Origin: Eledone cirrhosa
Taxonomy: Eukaryota
DNA length: 64,000 bases
NCBI GenBank assembly: GCA_964016885.1
Contig: OZ024744.1
Span: forward strand, 114,018,001-114,082,000
Direction of reading: 5' to 3'
Shown: one piece after another, positions 50,372 to 61,279 of the stretch
Numbering within the stretch: the first letter of the stretch is position 1
Layout: each line of letters starts with the position of its first letter
The notes under the pieces: model-generated
What the model was told of the DNA's origin: nothing
Database searches by the model: none
What the model saw: the letters and a program-made list of their open reading frames with translations, nothing else
Translations under genes and position numbers: made by a program

Positions 50372-51135
50372 CAGGGTGCGGATGATATTTGTTCGCAAGA
50401 TTACTGTCTATGAAAAAATAACACAGTAGTTTTATTTTTTAAGATATATTTATCAAACTTGGGTCAGTTTGTCTTCATGACTTGTTCTTTCGATCTCACT
50501 CGATAAACCCGCCATTGGCTTTGATGATGGCCTCAAGGCGGCCTCGGAACCGGCTACAGGCCTTTGTCACTGTGCCCCGACTTAGGCCCCTAAAGGCACT
50601 TGTGATCCTGGCCTTCAGATCGTCTTTCGTATTACAGCTAGATCTGTTGGTGTCTCGTTCCACTATGCCCCACACAAAGAAGTTGAGGGGGTTGCAGTCA
50701 GGCGAGCTGGGAGGCCAGATGTCAGGTGAAGTGTGGTCGATGAAGTTCTCTAACAGCCAGGCTTGGGTCTTTCGGCTGGTATGGCAGGGGACTGAGTCTG
50801 CTGCCACATGTACGGCCTACCTGCAGCTACCTGGTCGATCCAGGGCTTTACTACCTCGCTCAGAACGTGGATGTAGCCATCGGTGTTCAGCTTGAGGCCC
50901 TCAGGGATGAAGTGAGGTGGCATGACATCACCTTGACTGCTGACGACACCTAAGAACAATGTTGTCTGCATGACTCTGGGCACGTCTTTGGATGAGACAG
51001 CGAGTTACCTGTTGTTCTGGGAGTTGATCGTCTGGTCTTGGCAGAAGTTTTTCTCGTCGGAGAAAAACCATAACATGTCTGGCTCCAGTGGTTGTTTCAA
51101 CTTGTTGATCAGCTTCTTTGTGTGCTTCAGTCACT
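50372..51135 (-). mobile_element. Tc1/mariner-superfamily DD37D (maT-like) transposon, 5'-truncated pseudogene
   Basis: TA|CAGGGTG terminus; FSDEKNF, DSVPCH..WPPSSPDCNPLN with 37 residues between the second D and the third catalytic position (here N). Confidence 0.85.
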
Positions 51136-51155
51136 TATATATCATATATATATAT

Positions 51156-52020
51156 CATCATCATCATCATCATTTTACATCTGCTTTACCCTGCTAGGAG
51201 TGGGACGGGTCCTATTCAGCACATCAGCTCTCCACTTGTCACAGTCCTTTGTCATCTCCTCCGTGAGCTTCAGCGATCTGAGGTCTGCTCTCACCACCTC
51301 CGCCCATGTTTTTCGTGGTCTACCTCTACCACGTCTTCCTTCTACTGGCACTTCTTTACCCAGCGCTCATCCTCCATGTGCATCATAAGTCCATACCATC
51401 GCAGTCTTCTCTCCCACACACTACAACTTATACACAGTTTCTCTCTCAACTCATCTATGCTTTGTTCACGCACATTGACATTGCACATCCAAAGGAGCAT
51501 GCTTGCATCATTTCTGTTCAGCCGTCGCATATCTTCTGCAGTTGCTGCCCATCTCTCACTACCATGCAACATTGCGCATCTCACACAGGCATCATATAAC
51601 CGGCCTTTCATATGCATGGAGCAACCCTTCTTTGTCTGCTAGTATAACTATGTCTCTGCAGCTGTCTGTAAAAGTTGATAAAAGCAGTCTTTCTCTTCCT
51701 TACCTAGGCCTGCCTGGGGAGCATAGGTAGAGATGATTGTCAGTAGTCTCTTGCCTACAACTAATCTAATCTTAATTATTTTATTACTGACTCTAACTAC
51801 TTCTATTGTCTTATTGATCCATCTCTCAGCCAGTAAAATGCCCACTCCACCTAACCCATCATCATTACCCACCCAGAAAAGCTTATAAATAAGATGTTTG
51901 CCTGCGATTAGTCTTGCAGAGGTACCTCTCCATCTCACCTCTTGCACGCAGCACACATCCACATTTCTTCTCTCTAGCATCTCCACTATCTCACCAGATC
52001 TACCTGTGAGAGTGCCAACT
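51156..52020 (-). mobile_element. RTE-clade LINE with a large internal deletion (APE joined to the C-terminus)
   Basis: APE VDVCCVQEVRW, GGVGIL, ISTYAPQ (51648-51986) directly followed by KGRLYDAC..LHGSE..RLRWYG; (GAT)n tail. Confidence 0.85.
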
Positions 52021-52125
52021 CTGTTGTTTTTACTGAGAATAAGTAAGTGGCATAAACACTACTTTAAAACTGATAGCGAATGGCCTTCTAAATATTTTTA
52101 ATTAAACATACAGTATATATATATA

Positions 52126-54186
52126 TTTCGTTTCTGAATTTGTTTAGCAAGATTCTTTATCTGAAAACGTGTGTTGAAACCGATATTGTTATACTTTGGG
52201 AGGGTCATGTTGCCAATAAGAAACACACGCACCAGTTGTTTTCACTCCAATTTATTATAAGTTAAATTTATAAATTTAAGAATTTATAAATTTCTGGTTG
52301 GTTGGTTGGTTCCACAACCGGACGGTTGTTCATATATTGTCAAAGTTCTTTCGTCACACATTCTGTGACCTCTTCAGTGACTGGGGATTCTTTTCTTTGT
52401 TTTGTGCCTCTCCTTTGTTCTGTCCTATGCCATCTTGTGTTTGTGTGTGTTGTGTGCTTAGTTTGCGCATGTGTTACATCCGGGTGTCTGTGTGTGTTTT
52501 TATTTGTTTATTTACATGTTACTGGTTGGTTGTTTGTTCTATGTGTGTGTTTTCATTTTGTCCTTAATTGTAAATTGTGATGTTGCTATTCCATTCATGT
52601 TTTCTATTTAATTTTGGTTGGAGTTTATTTATGTTTATTGTCTCTGTGATTTGTCTAAACATTGGGTCTTTTCTGTGTGTAGATTCTATTTTTATTTCTA
52701 TGTTCTCTAATTTGCCCCTATGTTCTATTTTAGCATGTTGGCGGAGTATTGATGATGCTTTTTTATCTTGAAGCTCTCGACAGTGTTCATTTAACCGTTC
52801 TCCTATACTACGAGCTGTCTCACTTATGTACACTATATTCTTATCTTTACATTGTCCTTCAGTACATCTTATGCTATATACTACATTTCTAGTTTTACAG
52901 TTAATATGGGGGCTTAGTTTACAGATTACGCATTTCTTATCTATACAGGGAGGTCTTTGAAAAGGGTATGTATTACTAATAAGTGTTTTTATGGAGGTAC
53001 CTGGTCTTTCTACTATCTTAATATTAAGTTTATGTTTATCTAAGGCCCTTCTAAATTTGTAAGCTAATTCACCTCTAGGGGTTGTATTGATGAACATTAC
53101 ACTCTGGTATTTATTGCTATCATACTATGAGTTTATTCTATTAATCTTATTCCTAGTTCTTTCTATTCTATTCCAAAATTTGCTCCTATACAAGGGGCAG
53201 GTCCCATTTGTATCATTATTTACCATTTTTTCCCATTTGGTTCTGGCTCCTCTATATACTCTGATTTTATCTCTCTGATTGTAACCAGAGACTGCATACG
53301 GTGGATGAAGTGTTGTATGTATCTCTCTAGTTCTTTGGGGTTGCACATGCGGGACACGTTTCTCATCACCCGTACCAAATCCGCAATCAGTATGTTGATT
53401 TTGGTGTGATCCGAAACAGCTGAGTTTTGGTGGATTAGATATTTGGAAGTCATGGGTTTGGCATAATGGGAATGGAGGATTTGTTTTTTGTTATTAATGG
53501 TTTCTAACCAGAGCTCTGTGTCTAGTACAGGTAATCGATGGTTGGTGCGTTTGCTTGGGTAGTCTATAGTAACTCTAATACTCTGGTGGATGGAGTTAGC
53601 TATTTGCTGGATGCTTTCCATGGTGTTTTTCTCTAATTCCTGACTGTTCTCTAGTGGGGTTGTTTTTACTACGATGTTTATATCATCAACGTACATTATC
53701 AGGGTTAAGAGGTTGCTGTCTTCTAATTGTTCTTTAAGTTTAAGTTTATTGTCCCACCATACCATGAATAGGTTAGCTATGTCACCTGCAATGCTAACAC
53801 CAATGGCTGCTCCCTCCTCTTGGGCATATGTTTTTCCATTTAATTTGAACATATGTTCCTTAAGGGTTAGTTTTATACTGGCCCCCACCGCATGTGCAAT
53901 CATTTTCTTTAGTTCATCGTGGTTTTCGGGGGTCCGTATGGCTCTGGTCCACCCGTTCCATCTTTCTGTGTGGGTTTTCTTGGCCATTGAGGTAATGGTA
54001 GGTGGTCTGCTTCTTGCTGGTCTTGTAGGGCACAGGTTGCTAAGGTCATATGTGTCTAGATAATCATTACTATAGGTAGTTCATTACTATAGGTAATTTA
54101 TAAATTTAACTTATAATAAATTGGAGTGAAAGCAACTGGTGCGTGTGTTTGTTATTGGCAACATGACCCTCCCAAAGTATAACAAT
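52126..54186 (-). mobile_element. Penelope-like element, 5'-truncated: RT, GIY-YIG endonuclease, 3' pLTR and an inverted partial pLTR at the 5' end
   Basis: YAQEEGAAIG..IANLFM, YVDD, LPVLD; NVVYSIRC..YISET.RSIGERLNEH..E..N; 54095-54186 is the reverse complement of ~52184-52277. Confidence 0.92.
52339..52381 (-). ncRNA. Minimal hammerhead-like motif in the Penelope pLTR
   Basis: GTCA-CTGAAGA-G-GTCACA.GAATG.TGTGAC-GAAA-GAAC-TT-TGAC; stem I GTCA/TGAC. Confidence 0.65.
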
Positions 54187-54656
54187 ATATATATACACAC
54201 ACACATATATATATATGTGTGTGTGTCTGTGAATATATATATATATATATATTCACAGACACACACACCGCCACATACGCATATACACAAATATTCACAC
54301 ACACACACATATATATATACACACACACAAATTCACCCATATATATATATATATAAATATATATATATACACATATACACATATATACGTACACCTACAT
54401 ACACACCTACATATATGTGTGTGTACAAATACACATGTGCATGCATACATGCGCCTTTACACTCCTTCCGACCCACTAATACACATATAGATACACTAAT
54501 ACACATACGTGCACATATATACTCACACACGTATAGACATACATGTACATAGAAATATACACACACACTTATAAACATATGTTGCTATAAACTTAAAGAT
54601 AAATACAGTAAAAGTGAGCACAAAAATAATAAAAATAAAGATAGTATTACGGTGAT

Positions 54657-57600
54657 GTAGTATCATAAGACATACATATGTCTGTCCTATTACTGTGAGG
54701 TAGTATCATAAGACATATGTCTGTCCTATTACTGTGAGGTAGTATCATAAGACATACATATGTCTGTCCTATTACTGTGAGGTAGTATCATAAGACATAC
54801 ATATGTCTGTCCTATTACTGTGAGGTAGTATCATAAGACATACATATGTCCTATTACTGTGAGGTAGTATCATAAGACATACATATGTCTGTCCTATTAC
54901 TGTGACGTAGTATCATAAGACATATGTCTGTCCTATTACTGTGAGGTAGTATCATAAGACATACATATGTCTGTCCTATTACTGTGAGGTAGTATCATAA
55001 GACATACATATGTCCTATTACTGTGAGGTAGTATCATAAGACATACATATGTCTGTCCTATTACTGTGAGGTAGTATCATAAGACATGTCTGTCCTATTA
55101 CTGTGAGGTAGTATCATAAGACATACATATGTCTGTCCTATTACTGTGAGGTAGTATCATAAGACATACATATGTCTGTCCTATTACTGTGAGGTAGTAT
55201 CATAAGACATACATATGTCTGTCCTATTACTGTGAGGTAGTATCATAAGACATACATATGTCTGTCCTATTACTGTGAGGTAGTATCATAAGACATACAT
55301 ATGTCTGTCCTATTACTGTGAGGTAGTATCATAAGACATACATGTGTCTGTCCTATTACTGTGAGGTAGTATCATAAGACATACATATGTCTGTCCTATT
55401 ACTGTGAGGTAGTATCATAAGACATACATATGTCCTATTACTGTGAGGTAGTATCATAAGACATACATATGTCTGTCCTATTACTGTGAGGTAGTATCAT
55501 AAGACATACATGTGTCTGTCCTATTACTGTGAGGTAGTATCATAAGACATACATATGTCCTATTACTGTGAGGTAGTATCATAAGACATACATATGTCTG
55601 TCCTATTACTGTGAGGTAGTATCATAAGACATACATATGTCTGTCCTATTACTGTGAGGTAGTATCATAAGACATACATATGTCCTATTACTGTGAGGTA
55701 GTATCATAAGACATACATATGTCTGTCCTATTACTGTGAGGTAGTATCATAAGACATACATATGTCTGTCCTATTACTGTGAGGTAGTATCATAAGACAT
55801 ACATGTGTCTGTCCTATTACTGTGAGGTAGTATCATAAGACATACATATGTCTGTCCTATTACTGTGAGGTAGTATCATAAGACATACATATGTCTGTCC
55901 TATTACTGTGAGGTAGTATCATAAGACATACATATGTCTGTCCTATTACTGTGAGGTAGTATCATAAGACATACATATGTCTGTCCTATTACTGTGAGGT
56001 AGTATCATAAGACATACATATGTCTGTCCTATTACTGTGAGGTAGTATCATAAGGCATACATGTGTCTGTCCTATTACTGTGAGGTAGTATCATAAGACA
56101 TACATATGTCTGTCCTATTACTGTGAGGTAGTATCATAAGACATACATATGTCTGTCCTATTACTGTGAGGTAGTATCATAAGACATATGTCTGTCCTAT
56201 TACTGTGAGGTAGTATTATAAGACATACATATGTCTGTCCTATTACTGTGACGTATCATAAGACATACATATGTCTGTCCTATTACTGTGAGGTAGTATC
56301 ATAAGACATACATATGTCTGTCCTATTACTGTGACGTAGTATCATAAGACATACATATGTCTGTCCTATTACTGTGAGGTAGTATCATAAGACATATGTC
56401 TGTCCTATTACTGTGAGGTAGTATCATAAGACATACATATGTCTGTCCTATTACCATGAGGTAGTATCATAAGACATACATATGTCTGTCCTATTACTGT
56501 GAGGTAGTATCATAAGACATATGTCTGTCCTATTACTGTGAGGTAGTATCATAAGACATACATATGTCTGTCCTATTACTGTGAGGTAGTATCATAAGAC
56601 ATACATATGTCTGTCCTATTACTGTGAGGTAGTATCATAAGACATACATATGTCTGTCCTATTACTGTGAGGTAGTATCATAAGACATACATATGTCTGT
56701 CCTATTACTGTGAGGTAGTATCATAAGACATATGTCTGTCCTATTACTGTAGGTAGTATCATAAGACATACATATGTCCTATTACTGTGAGGTAGTATCA
56801 TAAGACATACATATGTCTGTCCTATTACTGTGAGGTAGTATCATAAGACATACATATGTCTGTCCTATTACTGTGAGGTAGTATCATAAGACATATGTCT
56901 GTCCTATTACTGTAGGTAGTATCATAAGACATACATATGTCCTATTACTGTGAGGTAGTATCATAAGACATACATATGTCTGTCCTATTACTGTGAGGTA
57001 GTATCATAAGACATACATATGTCTGTCCTATTACTGTGAGGTAGTATCATAAGACATACATATGTCTGTCCTATTACTGTGAGGTAGTATCATAAGACAT
57101 ACATATGTCTGTCCTATTACTGTGAGGTAGTATCATAAGACATACATATGTCCTATTACTGTGAGGTAGTATCATAAGACATACATATGTCTGTCCTATT
57201 ACTGTGACGTAGTATCATAAGACATACATATGTCTGTCCTATTACTGTGAGGTAGTATCATAAGACATACATATGTCTGTCCTATTACTGTGAGGTAGTA
57301 TCATAAGACATACATATGTCTGTCCTATTACTGTGAGGTAGTATCATAAGACATACATATGTCTGTCCTATTACTGTGAGGTAGTATCATAAGACATACA
57401 TATGTCTGTCCTATTACTGTGAGGTAGTATCATAAGACATACATATGTCTGTCCTATTACTGTGAGGTAGTATCATAAGACATACATATGTCTGTCCTAT
57501 TACTGTGAGGTAGTATCATAAGACATATGTCTGTCCTATTACTGTGAGGTAGTATCATAAGACATACATATGTCTGTCCTATTACTGTGACGTATCATAA

Positions 57601-57660
57601 GACATACATATGTCTGTCCTATTACTGTGACGTAGTATCATAAGACATACATATGTCTGT
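54657..57660. repeat. 43-bp satellite, ~70 copies, with 39-bp deletion variants
   Basis: GTAGTATCATAAGACATACATATGTCTGTCCTATTACTGTGAG repeated. Confidence 0.98.
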
Positions 57661-57699
57661 CCACTCGTGGTGTACACAAATATAGATAAAAATTAATAA

Positions 57700-58180
57700 T
57701 AAAAATCGCAGATGCACAAGGTACACGTGTGAGGTTACGGCCTTGCGTTATAAGTGAAATATGCAGAATCAGAACAGATACAGTAAAGTTGGGTTATTTA
57801 GAGAGGTGACGGGCGTCAAGAAATATATTATACGAACAGTTACCATTCATCCTTAAGTAAGAGATGCCGGACGACATAGATACGGTCTGAGATCCGTGAT
57901 GTAAACCAAAAGGGATGCATGAACATGTCCCTCTATAATGTGTGATCCTCCATGCGACGTACTCCTTCACTCCTATCTGGGAAATCCAATGGAGAAAAAA
58001 TGCAATTCCTGTGGTGCCTGCAAGCCATGATGACCTCAGATTTGAGGTTAACTGCATTATTTTTTAGTCTATGTCCATAGCTTCCGCCTGACATAGCTTG
58101 CAGTGTCCATCACCCACAGAATATGATCTTTCGATTGTAGACTTAGGTTCAATCAATAATAGGTTGTTCTTTAAGTTGAT
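57700..58180 (-). mobile_element. Probable 3' remnant of a different Penelope-like element
   Basis: The - strand reads YSVGDGHCKLCQAE and, after a frameshift, VNLKSEVIMACRH, resembling the PLE GIY-YIG C-terminus C.LC..E...LN..SE....CRH. Confidence 0.55.
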
Positions 58181-58334
58181 TGATAGTGAAACATATGTAA
58201 TATGTTATTAAATATGTTATGATACAACACTGAATCTTGCTTTATTCTTATAGTATTATACTCTGCTCTGTATGAGCATCATGTGCTCACCCGGCATACC
58301 GCCTATGGACACAATTTTTCTTGCACCCATACAC

Positions 58335-58365
<31 letters not shown>

Positions 58366-58372
<7 letters not shown>

Positions 58373-58893
58373 ATACTTTGGGAGGGTCATGTTGCCAATA
58401 AGAAACACACGCACCAGTTGCTTTCACTTCAATTTATTATAATAAATTTCTGGTTGGTTGGTTGGTTGGTTGGTTCTACAACCAGATAGTTGTTTATATA
58501 TTGTCAAAGTTCTTTCGTCACACATTCTGTGACCTCTTCAGTGACTGGGGATTCTTTTCTTTGTTTTTGTGCCTCTCCTTTGTTCTGTCCTACGCCATTT
58601 TGTTGGCGTAGGACAGAACAAAGGAGAGGCACAAAAACAAAGAAAAGAATCCCCAGTCACTGAAGAGGTCACAGAATGTGTGACGAAAGAACTTTGACAA
58701 TATATAAACAACTATCTGGTTGTAGAACCAACCAACCAGAAATTTATAAATTCCTAAATTTATAAATTTATTATAATAAATTGAAGTGCGTGTGTTTCTT
58801 ATTGGCAACATGACCCTCCCAAAGTATAACAATATCGGTTTCAACACACGTTTTCAGATAAAGAATCTTGCTAAACAAATTCAGAAACGAAAT
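58366..58893. repeat. Palindrome of two inverted Penelope pLTR segments (arms ~230 bp, 6-nt loop at 58598-58603)
   Basis: ...GTCCTACGCCA-TTTTGT-TGGCGTAGGAC...; homologous to 52126-52432; hammerhead-like motifs at 58503-58545 (-) and 58656-58698 (+). Confidence 0.93.
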
Positions 58894-58899
58894 ATATAT

Positions 58900-59205
58900 A
58901 TCATCATCATCATCATCATCATCGTTTAATGTCCATCTTCCATGCTAGCATGGATTAGACGGGTTTGTCCCATTTAGAGGCAAGTTGGGTTGGGTGACTG
59001 TGTCTTGCTCACACACAACTGTTTCTGGCTGGTTTTCTACAGCTGGATGCCCTTCCTAACGCCAACCACATTTACAGTGTGTACTGGGTGCTTTTTGCCG
59101 TGTCTTTTACACAACCACTTTACAGTGTGGGCTAGGTGCTTTTTGTCGTGACACCTACATGACCACTTTACAGTGTGGGCTGGATGTTTTGTGGGACCAA
59201 CACAA
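58900..59205 (-). mobile_element. RTE-PHD family 3' UTR with 3 copies of the 48-bp module; another copy at 59705-59935
   Basis: (CAT)n, CCATGCTAGCATGG, CAGCTGGATGCCCTTCCTAAC, tandem CACTTTACAGTGTG units. Confidence 0.85.
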
Positions 59206-59229
59206 CCTACACACACACACACACACACA

Positions 59230-59674
59230 TCTATATATATAAAAGCAAGTCGGTCTGTGTCTGTCTGTGTACAAATACTAGGCTCCTTTTAACTTTTGAA
59301 GTACTAGGCCGATTTGCTTCAAGGAATGATATTTCTATGTCCAGTGGATGGTCATCGTGGTAGTGGCAGTGCCATCTTACGCGTAGGGTTTAGTCTACTG
59401 AAGGACATACGGTGCGTCTATTCCATCTTTATCCCCTTACTCATACCTACTCCAGCAAGGCCGGACCTGAAATCATTCACGTCAATTAACTCAAGCTACC
59501 CCATGAATTGTTTTTATGTTGCCGTTTATTTCACTCAATCATGTCACTGTACACCCATTTTGTTAAACTTTTTTTAACAATTACATTTCAATTCTTTGCT
59601 CAACGTTTGGCTCTCTTTATACGGACAAACAGGCTGTCATTCATTTCCCGAGCAACGCCGGGTACATCTGCTAG
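59230..59674 (+). mobile_element. Non-autonomous Helitron-like element
   Basis: A|TCTATATATATAAAAG, (TCTG)n, subterminal hairpin CCCGAGCAACGCCGGG, CTAG|T end. Confidence 0.8.
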
Positions 59675-60270
59675 TATATATATATTTGTGTGTATATACA
59701 TATAACATCATCACCTCCATTTTAAATCTATTTTCCACGCTAGCATGGGTTAGACTGGTTGTCCTGTTGTGGGCAATGCTAGGTCAGGTTACCATGTCTT
59801 GCTCATACAGAACTGATTCTGGCTTGATTTCTACAGCTGGATGCCCTTCCTAACACCAACCTCATTTACAGTGAGTACTGGGTGCTTTTTATTGTGTCAC
59901 CAAAATGACCCCTTTACAGTGTGGGCTGGGGGGCTTCACTGGATGCATTTCCTTTGGTGATTATTTTGTTTATGATGTGTATTATGTTGTTTGCGTGTTT
60001 ATTTTAGCTCTGTGTTGTGATTCTAAATGTTTTAGATGTATTCTCCACTAATATTTTCCTATCTGGCTTTCTTCTGTGGTGCATGATGTAGTGTGATGCA
60101 ATTTGCTCCTTGTTATAAGTGCTTGGTGATCCTATAAAGGATATGTTGATAATAATATTTATTGTAATATATGACAATTTAAAGTATCTATTAGTATTCT
60201 TTAGAGTAAAACTAACAAACATTTGAAGATTGATTACTTGTTAGTAATATTATTTCTTATTTAATTACAG

Positions 60271-60529
60271 AATTATTTTGGATCTTTTGAGGATGAATGT
60301 TGATCCTCTTGTATTAGCAAAAATGTTAAAAATGATGTGTTCACAAAACAGAAAGGTAACTGCTGACACTGAAAATACTTCAAAAAAACAACATAAGGAA
60401 GCTACAGCTGCCAGACCAAAAGAAAATATAACAAATAAAAGTACAAAAGAGAAAACACGAAGACCAATTCCTAACATCAAGACACGACTCACAACCTCCA
60501 CTCATCCGTCTCAGAAAACCCATTCCTAA
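60271..60529 (+). CDS. MZT2: Next (probably last) coding exon of the MZT2-like gene; may instead end at the AAG|GTAACT donor after 60355
   Basis: TTTCTTATTTAATTACAG acceptor; phase-compatible with exon 33290-33397; encodes IILDLLRMNVDPLVLAKMLKMMCSQ versus recalled human ILVDLLKLNVAPLAVFQMLKSMCAG; stop at 60527-60529; AATAAA at 61059. Confidence 0.82.
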
Positions 60530-60640
60530 CATCAAGACACGACTCACAACCTCCACTCGTCTGTCTCAGACATGACTCACAACCTCTAGTCATCTGACTC
60601 AGACATGACTCACAACTTCCATTTATCCAACTCAGACTAG
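60463..60640. repeat. Short imperfect tandem repeat (55/33-bp units) spanning the putative MZT2 stop
   Basis: GACA(C/T)GACTCACAAC occurs four times. Confidence 0.8.
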
Positions 60641-61279
60641 GACAAAGTGAGGACAGGCTTTGTAGCTGCAAAACTACTGTACGGCACACCTGGGAGTAAA
60701 TTTTCTAATGTGTACCTCTTTTCAAAGACGGTAATTTGAGGGTGGTTTGGTTGCTATTTCTGGCATGTTGAGTGACCATGTAAGAGGTCTGTGTTTAGTA
60801 TAGAGAATGATTTGACTAAATTGTTAACTGAGAGAAGGTTGGTGCTAAAATTGAATGAGGTTCCTGTTTAGACCATTTCTTCACACTGGACATAGAAATG
60901 AAGAATTCCTGTATTGATGAGATTAACTTGAATTAAGAGGTCAGACATAAGATGCTTGCTTCTTCTATGATGTTGGAATTGTTCAGAAGATAAAGCCATA
61001 ACATTTAAATGGTAATATCAGCAGAATGTACAACAATTGTATGTGTATCATTTGATGTAATAAAAGACATAGAGCAGATTAAATTTCTTGAGGTTGTTTA
61101 TGAAATTGATGGTGTTACACTCATATGTCAACATATTATCGCAATAATAATGATTGAAGCATCTACTTTGTACCACTTAACCTCTATCATCCTGTCCCCC
61201 TTCCATCCACCCTAACAGCCTACTCACATCCTCATGACATCACCCTTCTAACACGCTTTTGCATCCCTGCCCCAGTTCT

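Noticed and set aside
54111-54578. His/Tyr/Ile/Cys-rich ORFs
   Set aside because: Translations of (CA)n/(TA)n low-complexity sequence.
54657-57660. CRISPR-like array
   Set aside because: Head-to-tail repeats with no unique spacers, no cas genes, and a eukaryotic context.
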